From an uncultured Dehalococcoidia bacterium (GTDB lineage: Bacteria; Chloroflexota; Dehalococcoidia; Lucifugimonadales; CAZGRI01), in the NCBI GenBank assembly GCA_964528205.1, contig CAZGRI010000003.1, positions 1 through 46,298 on the forward strand: a DNA stretch of 46,298 nucleotides, in the 5' to 3' direction. Position numbers and translations under genes: made by a program. Below the pieces are notes generated by a model, which saw only the letters and a list, made by a program, of their open reading frames with translations, was not told where the DNA came from and ran no database searches. Each line of letters opens with the position of its first letter. The stretch's first letter is position 1. This document shows, piece after piece, positions 36,061-44,726 of this stretch.

Positions 36061-37272
36061 CTACTCGTAGCGCAGCGCCTCTATCGGGTGGAGGTTGGCC
36101 GCCCGAACCGCCGGGTATATGCCGAAGAAGAGACCGATGGCCGCCGAGACTATCAGCGCGAGGACGGTGATGTCGCTCCCGGCCGCCGTCTGGAACGTCT
36201 GACCTCCGAGGTTACGGCCGTCCAGGAGCCGCGAAAGCGTTATGCCCAGGACCGCTCCCGCCCCGCCACCACCCAGGCTCAGCAGAGTCGCCTCCGAGAT
36301 GAACTGGTACAGAATATCCCGCCGCTTCGCGCCCATGGCCTTGCGGATGCCGATCTCTCGTGTGCGCTCTGTGACCGACACCAGCATGATGTTCATGATC
36401 CCGATGCCCCCGACCAGCAGCGATATCCCGGCGATGGCGCCCAGGAAGATCACGAACGTCTCCTGGGTCTCCTCCAGGGTGTCGATGATCTCCTGCTGGC
36501 TGGTTATCGAGAAGTCGTCCTCGCCAGTGATTCGATGGCGGAGCCGCAGAGCGGCGGCGATCTGCTGGAGGGCATCCTCCTTGGCGTCTTCGTCGGCGAC
36601 CTGGACGTTAACGGTCTGAACCGTTACGCCGCCCTGCGTCGTGCGGGTTGAGGCGAGCCGGTAGTAGACCGTGGTTATGGGAACAAGAAGCTGGTTGTCC
36701 AGGTTCCCCAGGGCGCTCCCGCCCTTGCTCTCCAGCACACCGACGACCGTGAACTGGCGGCCGTTGATCCGGACGGTCTGGCCCACGGGGTCACGGAAGC
36801 CGAACAGGTCCTCAGCCGCCTGTGAACCCAGCACCGCGACCTCCGAGATCCCTTGCACGTGCGCCGCGGAGATGAACTGTCCGGTCGCGACCTCGTGGTT
36901 CCGCACCGTCTGGTACTCGGGGGTCACGCCGACTATCTGGGTGGCTGTGCTGTTTCTGCCGGCCACGACCTGGCCTGCGGTGTTCAGCTCGGGCGCCACC
37001 GCCGTCACGGCGGGCGCGACGCCCGGCTCCACCAGGGCATAGGCGTCTTCCAGCGTAAGACTCTGTGCGCCGCCGGTCGGCCGCACGAACAGCAGGTTGG
37101 AGCCCAGGGACTGGATCCTCGACGTTATGGCCTCCTGGGCCCCGCGTCCCACCGACATCGTCGATATCACCGCGGCAACGCCGATCACGATGCCCAGGAG
37201 GGCCAGCCCCGTCCTTAGCTTGTTGCCGGCCAGGGAGGACAACGCGGTGGAGAAGATGGTCAGAGGGCTCAT
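36061..37272 (-). CDS. ABC transporter permease, MacB/FtsX type
   Basis: 403 aa. N-terminal TM helix, a roughly 220-aa extracytoplasmic MacB_PCD-like domain, and a C-terminal FtsX 3-TM bundle (GGIGIMNIMLVSVTERTREIGIRKAMGA). Confidence 0.9.
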   Translation of the reverse strand: MSPLTIFSTALSSLAGNKLRTGLALLGIVIGVAAVISTMSVGRGAQEAITSRIQSLGSNLLFVRPTGGAQSLTLEDAYALVEPGVAPAVTAVAPELNTAGQVVAGRNSTATQIVGVTPEYQTVRNHEVATGQFISAAHVQGISEVAVLGSQAAEDLFGFRDPVGQTVRINGRQFTVVGVLESKGGSALGNLDNQLLVPITTVYYRLASTRTTQGGVTVQTVNVQVADEDAKEDALQQIAAALRLRHRITGEDDFSITSQQEIIDTLEETQETFVIFLGAIAGISLLVGGIGIMNIMLVSVTERTREIGIRKAMGAKRRDILYQFISEATLLSLGGGGAGAVLGITLSRLLDGRNLGGQTFQTAAGSDITVLALIVSAAIGLFFGIYPAVRAANLHPIEALRYE

Positions 37273-38006
37273 GCTGTCTCCTGTTCCCCGCCGGCGGAGA
37301 CGGCCTGGAGGGGGTCCGCAATCCGCTCATCTCTGACTACGGCGCCGTCCAGCATCGAAACGACACGGCCCGTATGAGCGGAGATGTCACTCTCATGGGT
37401 CACGATGATAACCGTGATGCCCTGTTCCCGGTTCAAACGCTGGAGGATGGCCATGATCTCCTGGCTTGACCGGCTGTCGAGATTGCCCGTCGGTTCGTCG
37501 GCCAGCAGGATTGAAGGGTCCTTCACCAACGCTCGGGCGATACCGACGCGCTGCTGCTCGCCGCCAGACAGCTCCGTCGGCCGGTGGCCGGTCCTCCGCG
37601 CCAGGCCGACCTGCTCCAGCGCGTCGAGTGCGCGGCCTCGACGGTCGCTCCCGTTGCCGTAGAGCAGGGGAAGCTCGACGTTTGACAGTGCCGACAGCCG
37701 GGGAAGCAGGTTGTAGGTCTGGAACACGAAGCCGATCTTACGGTTGCGGACGTCGGCCAGGCGACCGTCGCCCAGGGAACCTACGTCCTCGCCCTCCAGG
37801 ACGTAGCTCCCGGCCGACGGTACATCCAGGCAGCCTATGATGTTCATCAGCGTCGACTTGCCGGAGCCGGACGGGCCCATTATCGCCGTCAGCTCTCCCT
37901 TCCGGATCGACAGATCGACCCCTCGCAGCGCGGCAACCTCAACGTTGCCCAGGTTGTAGACCTTGGCAACGCTCTTCAGGTCGATTATCGTCGGATGATC
38001 GTTCAT
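37269..38006 (-). CDS. ABC transporter ATP-binding protein (MacB/LolD-like)
   Basis: Walker A GPSGSGKST, signature LSGGEQQRV, Walker B ILLADEPTGNLD. I preferred the ATG at 38006 (MNDHPTIIDLKSV), which lies 16 nt after the adaptor stop. The alternative start at 38084 would overlap the adaptor by 62 nt. The stop overlaps the permease start. Confidence 0.9.
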   Translation of the reverse strand: MNDHPTIIDLKSVAKVYNLGNVEVAALRGVDLSIRKGELTAIMGPSGSGKSTLMNIIGCLDVPSAGSYVLEGEDVGSLGDGRLADVRNRKIGFVFQTYNLLPRLSALSNVELPLLYGNGSDRRGRALDALEQVGLARRTGHRPTELSGGEQQRVGIARALVKDPSILLADEPTGNLDSRSSQEIMAILQRLNREQGITVIIVTHESDISAHTGRVVSMLDGAVVRDERIADPLQAVSAGGEQETA

Positions 38007-38022
38007 CTGACGCACCGCTCCG

Positions 38023-40347
38023 CTATCGACCACCGACGCTGGTGGGACGGCCTCCGCCGAAGCCACCGCCGCCGAATCCGCCACCGGGACGGAAGCCTCC
38101 CCCGAAGCCGAAACCGGTGGTACTGGCCTGCTCCGCCTGCATCACAAGCTGCTCGCCCTCGGCAAGCCCACCTTGGACCACTGCCCAGAAGTCATCGCTG
38201 TTGCCCAGCACCACCGGTCGTTCTTCGATCACACCCGCGCTGATGACGCGCACCAGCGGCTGATCGAAGGTGCCGTAGAGGGCCTGTAGCGGCACCAGCA
38301 AGACGTCCCGGTCCTCGCGGATGACGACACCCGCGACGGCGCTCAGTCCCTCGGGAAGCGTGATCCCCGCCGGCACCTGCACTTGAATCCGAATCGGGTA
38401 GCTGACCACGCCCTGCTGGCTCCTGGCGGCTGAGCCAACATCGGAAACGACGCCTTCCAGCACCTGCCCCGCCAGGGCGTCCATCGTCACCGTTGCCGAT
38501 GCTCCCACCCGCACGTACAGCACGTCTATCTCATCCACTATCCCATCGACCTCGACAACAGTTGGATCGACCACCTCGAGGACCGGCGTGTTGGGATTGA
38601 TGAGACTGCCCGCCTCGACGTTGATCAGCGACACGACGCCGTCCATCGGGGCCGTAAGGATCGCGTTAGCCATGTCCGTCTCGGCATCGCTCAGAGCAAC
38701 CAGCGAAGATGCTACCTCGGTCTCCCGAAGCGCTATCTCCAGCGGGTCCGGGCTGTTCCTGATCTCATCGAGATCTTCTTCGGCCTGCGTCAGGATGGCC
38801 TGCGCGACCGTTACCTGCTGTTGTTTCGCTTCCAGCTCCATGGGATCGGCGCCGGCGACTAGCTCGCCAAGGTCCTCCTCGGCCTTCGCGAGATCGGCCT
38901 CCGCGAGGTCCACCTGCCGCTGCTTGCTGTCAGCTTCGAGCGTGTCCGGTCCGCCTAGTAGCTCAGCGATCTCTTGCTCTGCCACGTCCAGGTTGACAAG
39001 CAACAGCGCAAGCTGCTTCTCCTTGGCCTCTGTCTCCAGAGCGCCGGCCGCCTCGTAGAGGTCGGTCAGGTCCTGCCGTTCGGCGCTCAGAGCGTCCTCG
39101 GCACGTGCCACCGCGATAGTGGCGCTGTCGACGGCCTTGGCCTGCTGAGTCCTCGTGGAGGCCAGGTCGGAGATCGCCTTGCTGTGGGCGTCCCAGGCAG
39201 TCGACAGCTCCTGGGAGACGCAGGCCCCTTGATGCGGGACCGCACCGTTCGCGCAGTCGGCGGCGATGGCGCCCGGATAGAAGTTCAGCCAGGTATATAT
39301 CACTGACTCGTCCCACTGAGTGGCCGGATCGTCGACGGCGATGCCCTGGACGGCCACCCACGGCGCCAGGTCATAGTACCGAGAGTTCGGGTCGAACAGC
39401 GACGCCAGGTCCACGCCCCATGACGCCAGAAGGGCATCCGGGTCCAGAGCTTCATCCGTCTCACTCAGGTCGACCCCAAGCCATCTCTCGAAGGCCTCCC
39501 TGTACCCGTCTCGGGCAGCATCGGCGGCATCCTGCTTCGTCTGCACGTTGTCGTTCCATGTGTCGGTGGCGAGCGCCAGGTCCCGTTGAGCGTTTGCCAG
39601 CGTGGTGGCGGCGGAGTCGATCTGCAACTGTGCGGTGTCGACATCCTCGTCGCTGGGCCCGCTCCTGAGAGAGTCCAGCGCGGCCGTTGCATTGTCGACC
39701 GCCAGCCGGGCGTCCGTGACCGCGGACTCGGCCCTGGCTACCTCCTGTGCGGTAGGGTTCAGGAGCCCGTCGACGGCGTCCCGAGCGGTCTGGAGCGCCA
39801 ACGCGGAGCCGGCGAACAACGCTTCGGCCTGTGCGATCTGCTGCGACGTTGGCTGCAGCTTCTCCACCGCGTCCTCGGCGTTCCTCAGAGACAGCCATGC
39901 ACTGGACACGTCGGCCTCGGTCTGTGCCAGCTCGAGGGCGGTATGGGGGTCTCTGGCCTTCACCAGGGCCTCGTTGGTCTTGTCCAGATTGACCTGAGCC
40001 TGGGCGACGGCCTTCGCCAGCGACGCCACGGTTGCTGCATCGAGTGTCACAAGGTTCTGGCCCTGGACCACGGACTGCCCCTCGTCCACCAGCACCTCTC
40101 CGATGGCGCCCTGGACGCCGAAGGTCAGCGTCTCTCGGTTGGGGTAGACGAGGCTACCGTTTGTGGAAACCTCGTTCACGAGGTCGCCGGACCGAACGAC
40201 GATGAGCTGCTGGTCTTCCTCGAGGTCGGCGCTATCGGTGCCGGTCGTCAGGGCGTAGGCTCCGTAGGAGGCGCCGACGGCCCCGAAGACGACCGCAACC
40301 AGGACGCCGATCTGCCAGGCCCTCAGGCTCCTTATCGCGTCTAGCAT
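38023..40347 (-). CDS. HlyD/MacA-family periplasmic adaptor (membrane fusion protein), unusually long at 774 aa
   Basis: N-terminal TM helix, a lipoyl-like half (VSTNGSLVYPN...GEVLVDEGQSVVQGQNLVTLD), and about 460 aa of helical repeats with a roughly 100-aa insert. These are followed by the second lipoyl half (ILTAPMDGVVSLINVEAGSLI), beta-barrel and MP domains, and a C-terminal GFGFGGGFRPGGGFGGGGFGGGRP tail. Confidence 0.85.
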   Translation of the reverse strand: MLDAIRSLRAWQIGVLVAVVFGAVGASYGAYALTTGTDSADLEEDQQLIVVRSGDLVNEVSTNGSLVYPNRETLTFGVQGAIGEVLVDEGQSVVQGQNLVTLDAATVASLAKAVAQAQVNLDKTNEALVKARDPHTALELAQTEADVSSAWLSLRNAEDAVEKLQPTSQQIAQAEALFAGSALALQTARDAVDGLLNPTAQEVARAESAVTDARLAVDNATAALDSLRSGPSDEDVDTAQLQIDSAATTLANAQRDLALATDTWNDNVQTKQDAADAARDGYREAFERWLGVDLSETDEALDPDALLASWGVDLASLFDPNSRYYDLAPWVAVQGIAVDDPATQWDESVIYTWLNFYPGAIAADCANGAVPHQGACVSQELSTAWDAHSKAISDLASTRTQQAKAVDSATIAVARAEDALSAERQDLTDLYEAAGALETEAKEKQLALLLVNLDVAEQEIAELLGGPDTLEADSKQRQVDLAEADLAKAEEDLGELVAGADPMELEAKQQQVTVAQAILTQAEEDLDEIRNSPDPLEIALRETEVASSLVALSDAETDMANAILTAPMDGVVSLINVEAGSLINPNTPVLEVVDPTVVEVDGIVDEIDVLYVRVGASATVTMDALAGQVLEGVVSDVGSAARSQQGVVSYPIRIQVQVPAGITLPEGLSAVAGVVIREDRDVLLVPLQALYGTFDQPLVRVISAGVIEERPVVLGNSDDFWAVVQGGLAEGEQLVMQAEQASTTGFGFGGGFRPGGGFGGGGFGGGRPTSVGGR

Positions 40348-40460
40348 CTTTCTCTGCCCCCTTCAGTGGCCCTTGGCGCAAGACCGGTGCCGTTAGTCCG
40401 GCTGCTGTCGACAGGTGTGTCATCTAGAGTTTGGAGTCTTGACGGACTCGCGGTATTCAC

Positions 40461-40504
40461 GTTGTAGCAGGAGAATGTTGAGAAAGTATGAAGTGTCTAT
40501 GAAG
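40461..40504 (-). promoter_or_regulatory. Regulon box D: three phased half-sites plus a -10-like hexamer upstream of the adaptor/ABC operon
   Basis: Minus strand reads CTTCATA-gaca-CTTCATA-cttt-CTCAACA (40504-40476), then 9 nt, then TACAAC (40466-40461). It sits between the kinase stop (40532) and the adaptor start (40347). Confidence 0.55.
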
Positions 40505-40531
40505 GACAGTGTCTGATTTCGGGTGAGTGGC

Positions 40532-41896
40532 CTAGTCGGTGCGGGCGTGCATCGGCAGGGTGAATACGAAGAGGCTGCCCTTGCCCTGCGTGCTCTCGAC
40601 GCTGATGGTCCCTCCATGCGCCTCAACGAGCTGCTTGGCGATGGTCAAGCCCAGGCCGGCTCCGCCGGTTGTGCGTGCTCGAGAAGGATCGGCCCGGTAG
40701 AATCTCTCGAAGACGTATGGCAGCACCTCGGCTGGTATGCCCTCTCCCGTGTCGGCCACCGTGACGCTCACATCGGGACCAGCGGTCCGCGTCGACACGG
40801 TGACGCTCCCGCCCGAAGGGGTGTGCCGTATGGCGTTGTCCAGAAGATTGCCGACCACCTGTGTTATCCGAGTCCTGTCGATCTCAGCTACGGGTAGACG
40901 ATCGTCGCCATCCAGGCCAACCGATACGCCTCCGGCGTCGGCCCGTGGTCGGAACGCCTCCACCGACGCCGCGACGAGGTCGTTGACGGAGTACGGCTGT
41001 CGGTCCAGCCGAAGGTCGGGTGACTCGGCCTCGGCCAGCGCCCTCAGGTCCTCGACCAGGTGGGCGAGGTTCAGGCCCTGCTTGTGTATCGTCTCGATAG
41101 TCGCCGCATCCGCGGGCAGGACTCCATCGCGCACGGCCTCCACATAACCCTGTATGTTCGACAGGGGTGTCCTGAGCTCGTGGGCCACGTCCGCGACCAT
41201 GTTGCGCCGTTGACGCTCTGAGTTCTCCAGGCCGTCGGCCATTACATTGAACGTGCGTCCCAACTCGCTGATCTCGTCCCGGCCCCTGGCCGGTACCCTC
41301 TGGGAGAGGTCTCCGCGACCCAGACGGTCCGCGGCAGAGTTCAGTGTTCTGACCGAGGAGAGCACACGGCGCGACATCAAGGAGATCAGAAGGATCCCTC
41401 CCGCGCCCGTGGCAAGCCCGGCCCATAGTAGCGATCGGTTTGTCTGTTCGGCGAATCTGGTCAGCGGGGGCTCCGGTAGCTCATCCGGCACATCGCTGGC
41501 CGTCACGATGACGAACGCGACCTGACGCCCTCTGCTCATGACCGGGTAGGGCACCCCTTCGCGGCCGCGCCTGATGGGAGGCGGCCTTACCCCGATGCCT
41601 GTGTCACCGACCACCCGCCCGGTGCTGTCGGTGACGACGATGCGCCGGCTGTAGAGTGAGCCGGCCCTCTCGACGACCTGCTGCAGTCCCGTCCACTCGC
41701 CCCGGGCGTCGTAGAACTGTGCCACCATTCGGTGGACGCGTTCCTTTCGCACCTCCTCGAAGTCCCGCTGGATCCGCGCGACCTCTTGTCGGGCCTGGTA
41801 CCCGATATACCAGCTGACGGCACCCAGTGCCAGGGCGAGGACCAGCGCGAAGCCAACCATGAGCCGGAATTGGAGGCTGAAGAACCACCTAGGCAT
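40532..41896 (-). CDS. Sensor histidine kinase (two TM helices, HAMP, HisKA, HATPase_c)
   Basis: The ATG at 41896 (MPRWFFSLQF) overlaps the regulator stop within ATGCCTAG. H-box ADVAHELRTPLS, N-box LLDNAIRHTP, G-boxes DTGEGI and GGAGLGLTI. The track start at 42013 lies inside the regulator gene and is rejected. Confidence 0.9.
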   Translation of the reverse strand: MPRWFFSLQFRLMVGFALVLALALGAVSWYIGYQARQEVARIQRDFEEVRKERVHRMVAQFYDARGEWTGLQQVVERAGSLYSRRIVVTDSTGRVVGDTGIGVRPPPIRRGREGVPYPVMSRGRQVAFVIVTASDVPDELPEPPLTRFAEQTNRSLLWAGLATGAGGILLISLMSRRVLSSVRTLNSAADRLGRGDLSQRVPARGRDEISELGRTFNVMADGLENSERQRRNMVADVAHELRTPLSNIQGYVEAVRDGVLPADAATIETIHKQGLNLAHLVEDLRALAEAESPDLRLDRQPYSVNDLVAASVEAFRPRADAGGVSVGLDGDDRLPVAEIDRTRITQVVGNLLDNAIRHTPSGGSVTVSTRTAGPDVSVTVADTGEGIPAEVLPYVFERFYRADPSRARTTGGAGLGLTIAKQLVEAHGGTISVESTQGKGSLFVFTLPMHARTD

Positions 41897-42578
41897 CGCC
41901 GAACCTGTACCCCACGCCGTAGATAGTGTGAACGTAGCGGTCGTCCTCGCCCTCTGCCTCCAGCTTCCGCCGCAGGTTCGCCACATGGGCGTCGACCGTC
42001 CGGTCGAAGCCATCGAAGTCGAACCCGAACACGCGGTCGATGATCTGCTCGCGCGTGAAGGTCCTGCCCGGCTCCCTGATCATCATGGCCAGGAGGCGGA
42101 ACTCAGTTGGGGTCAGCCGGACCTTGGCGGCCCCTACGTGGACGTCCCGCAGGCGAAGATCGACCTTAATGTCTCCGTAGTCCAGCTCCTTCGGTCCGCG
42201 CTCCATGGCCTCCCGGGCGGTCCGTCTGAGCACAGCGCGTACGCGGGCGGCGAGCTCCTTGGGGCTGAAGGGCTTGGTCACGTAGTCATCGGCCCCCAGG
42301 TCCAGGCCCACCAGCCGGTCTTGCTCCTCAACCCGCGCGGTAAGCATAACGATGGCGACGTCCGACTCCTCTCTCAGCGCTCTGCACACGTCCAGTCCAT
42401 TCATGCTCGGAAGCATCAAGTCGAGGACGACCAGGTCGGGCCTCGCCTCGCGGGCCAGCTTCAGCCCTTCGAGCCCGTCCGTGGCGGTCAGGACCTTGTG
42501 GCCGTCACGCTGAAGGTACAGGCCCACCAGCTTGACCGTATCCGAATCGTCCTCGACTATCAGAACTTTGCTAGACAT
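41889..42578 (-). CDS. OmpR/PhoB-family response regulator
   Basis: 229 aa. Receiver domain (VLIVEDD...DLVVLDLMLP...KP) and a winged-helix output domain (LTPTEFRLLAMMIREPGRTFTREQIIDRVFG...VDAHVANLRRKLE...IHTIYGVGYRF). Confidence 0.93.
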   Translation of the reverse strand: MSSKVLIVEDDSDTVKLVGLYLQRDGHKVLTATDGLEGLKLAREARPDLVVLDLMLPSMNGLDVCRALREESDVAIVMLTARVEEQDRLVGLDLGADDYVTKPFSPKELAARVRAVLRRTAREAMERGPKELDYGDIKVDLRLRDVHVGAAKVRLTPTEFRLLAMMIREPGRTFTREQIIDRVFGFDFDGFDRTVDAHVANLRRKLEAEGEDDRYVHTIYGVGYRFGDA

Positions 42579-42614
42579 TCCTCTCGAACCCCAAGGTGGG
42601 CTATCAGGCGGTCC

Positions 42615-43982
42615 CTAAGCGGCGCCTCGGTCGGGCCTGGGTTGGAGAGTCAGCTCGACGGTCGTGGGCTCACCGTCTCGCAGGAGCTCGACTGTCAGTT
42701 TGTCCCCGGGCCTGTTGTTCTCCGACAGGTACGAAATCAGATCGTTCATCCCCTCGATTGGAGTCCCGTCCAACCTTATTATTACATCTCCGCCCACGGG
42801 ATACTCAACGCCTTCAAGCCTGGTGGTCCCCATGGCGGCTACCAGGCCGGCGTCATCTGCGGGACCACCATTGGCTATCCCGACAATCAGCGTCCCCCGG
42901 GTATCTGGAGTAAGCCCGTTGGCCTGCGCCAGTTTTCCGTTCAACGACGCCCCGCTGATGCCGAGATAGGCGTGCTGGTACTCGCCGTCGGCCACCAGCT
43001 CGGGCACTATCCTCTTGGCAGTGTTGATGGGAATGGCGAACCCTACTCCGGCGCTCACGCCGCTGCTGCTTATGATCTGGGCGTTGATGCCGATGACGTC
43101 GCCGAGCCGGTCCAACAGCGGCCCGCCGGAGTTGCCAGGGTTGATAGGGGTGTCGGTCTGGATGATCTGGGAGTTGGAGTAGCCGTTGGCTCCCGGCACG
43201 GCGCGCCCTAGGGCGCTGACGATGCCGCGCGACATGGTGAACTCCTGGCCGAACGGGTTGCCTATCGCCAGGCTAAGCTGGCCCACCCTGAGCTCGGCGC
43301 TATCCCCAAGCTCCAGGGCCTGGAGGGCCAGTTCCGAAGTATCGATCTTCAGGACCGCCAGATCGGAGTCGGCGTCGCTGCCCAGCACTTCGGCCTCGAA
43401 CTCGGAGCCGTCGGCGAAGACGACCGTGACCCGGTCCGCCTCGGCGATCACGTGATGGTTGGTGACGATATGTCCTTCGCCGCTCCATACGAAGCCGGAC
43501 CCCTCGCCGGCAGGGGCAAACCCCTCACCGCGAGACGGACCGCCGAAGCGTCCCTGCGACGCCGGGACATTCCTCTCCACTCTGATGTAAACGACCGAGG
43601 GCAATGCCGACTCGTAGATGTCGCCCAGCACCTCCTCGTAAGCCGCCACGATATCGTTCGAGGTAAGCGAGTCCAGCGCGGCCTCAACCGACTCGACCTC
43701 AGAGTCCGTGGGCACGACGACCGCTGCGGAGTCCTCGGCTACCGGGGCAACCTGGATCTCTGTGATCGCCTCGATGGGGCTCGCCTCTACGCGAGTGAGA
43801 TCGGCTACCTCCGGTACGGCGATCGGGGAGGAGACGACCTCTACGATGGCGGGCGCCGACTCCAAAACGTTCGTGTTTGAAGGCTCGTCCGACAGAGAAG
43901 CGACCGTCGCTCCTCCGCACGCTACGAGCGCTACCGAGGCGATTGCCCCAAGGGCCACAGCTACGCGTCTGATTCTCAACAT
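42615..43982 (-). CDS. HtrA/DegP-family (S1C) serine protease with PDZ domain; predicted lipoprotein
   Basis: 455 aa. Lipobox ALVACGG. Catalytic triad context HIVTNHHVI, DSDLAVLKI, NPGNSGGPLLD. C-terminal PDZ. AGGAGGGGAGG RBS. Confidence 0.9.
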   Translation of the reverse strand: MLRIRRVAVALGAIASVALVACGGATVASLSDEPSNTNVLESAPAIVEVVSSPIAVPEVADLTRVEASPIEAITEIQVAPVAEDSAAVVVPTDSEVESVEAALDSLTSNDIVAAYEEVLGDIYESALPSVVYIRVERNVPASQGRFGGPSRGEGFAPAGEGSGFVWSGEGHIVTNHHVIAEADRVTVVFADGSEFEAEVLGSDADSDLAVLKIDTSELALQALELGDSAELRVGQLSLAIGNPFGQEFTMSRGIVSALGRAVPGANGYSNSQIIQTDTPINPGNSGGPLLDRLGDVIGINAQIISSSGVSAGVGFAIPINTAKRIVPELVADGEYQHAYLGISGASLNGKLAQANGLTPDTRGTLIVGIANGGPADDAGLVAAMGTTRLEGVEYPVGGDVIIRLDGTPIEGMNDLISYLSENNRPGDKLTVELLRDGEPTTVELTLQPRPDRGAA

Positions 43983-44013
43983 CTTCCTCCCCTCCTGATC
44001 GGAACTTCCTAAA

Positions 44014-44057
44014 AGCCTAACCCGGAACTGTTAAGGAATTATGAAGGCCGTATTAAG
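44014..44057 (-). promoter_or_regulatory. Regulon box A: three phased half-sites plus a -10-like hexamer upstream of htrA-RR-HK
   Basis: Minus strand reads CTTAATA-cggc-CTTCATA-attc-CTTAACA (44057-44029), then 9 nt, then TAGGCT (44019-44014). The hexamer is 32 nt upstream of the htrA ATG. Confidence 0.55.
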
Positions 44058-44174
44058 CTACATCTGCACAAGTTTCGGGCTGCGTGCGTCGGCGCCGGGA
44101 CAAAAGAGTGCCCCGGCCAATGGGCCGGGGCACTCTCAGGAGGCTGGGCCCGATAATGGGCCCGGAAGACGGCC

Positions 44175-44636
44175 CTAGAGTGAGGTAGTGTCGGGGGCCT
44201 GAGGAGCGGCCGGAGGCGCCTGGAATCCCCGCCACGGGAATCCACGACCGTGGAAACCCTTGCCGTGGGTCCGGGGCCCACCGCGGAAACCGTGTCCTCC
44301 GAAGCCGGGCACGCCGAAACCGTGGGTAAGGCCCTCGGGCATCGCGTTCATCCAGTCTTCGAGATCGTCACGCTGCTCCGGTGTGATCCGGCCGCTCTCC
44401 TCTAGGGCGTCCAGCCTGGCCTGGATCTTCTCTGCCCTCATCTCGGCGACGGCCTGGTCGAAGGCGTCCTGGACCTGCGACTCCTCCAGTCCCAGGATCG
44501 AAGCGACCCGTGAGATCATGCCTTTCACGGGGGAGTCCCCATTGGGGTCGGCAGTCTGTGCCAGTACCGCGCCACCGCTGATCCCCAGGGCCACCACCGC
44601 CGTCAGGACCGAAACTATTACCCAACGTCTCTTCAT
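44175..44636 (-). CDS. Secreted helical protein resembling DUF2680/YckD and CpxP/Spy-type envelope proteins, with a Gly/Phe/His-rich tail
   Basis: The ATG at 44636 (MKRRWVIVSVLTAVVALGISGGAVLAQ) is preceded by AGAGGAGGG. The helical core carries an LTxxQ-like motif (RITPEQRDDLEDWM). The tail is HGFGVPGFGGHGFRGGPRTHGKGFHGRGFPWRGF. Confidence 0.55.
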   Translation of the reverse strand: MKRRWVIVSVLTAVVALGISGGAVLAQTADPNGDSPVKGMISRVASILGLEESQVQDAFDQAVAEMRAEKIQARLDALEESGRITPEQRDDLEDWMNAMPEGLTHGFGVPGFGGHGFRGGPRTHGKGFHGRGFPWRGFQAPPAAPQAPDTTSL

Positions 44637-44682
44637 TGTCACACCCTCCTCTTTGTTGGTCCGGCTAGTCCGTTCGTTTAAC

Positions 44683-44715
44683 ACGATAGCGAAAGAGTGT
44701 TAAGGAAGTTTGAAG
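44683..44715 (-). promoter_or_regulatory. Regulon box B plus a -10-like hexamer upstream of the DUF2680/CpxP-like gene
   Basis: Minus strand reads CTTCAAA-cttc-CTTAACA (44715-44698), then 9 nt, then TATCGT (44688-44683). Confidence 0.55.
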
Positions 44716-44726
44716 AACTCGCCCGG

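Noticed and set aside
41859-43211. 450-aa plus-strand ORF overlapping the response regulator and HtrA genes
   Set aside because: It is antisense to two strongly supported genes. It has a low-complexity, Gly/Pro/Val/Gln-rich translation and no RBS context.
44029-44046. Reading the box half-site CTTAACA as a sigma70 -35 (TTAACA) with a -10 at 17 nt
   Set aside because: At 16-18 nt spacing the four sites give inconsistent hexamers (TAGGAA, TAAACG, GTCTAT, GAATAC). At 9-nt spacing every site has a TA-initial hexamer in the same register. The activator-box interpretation is more consistent.
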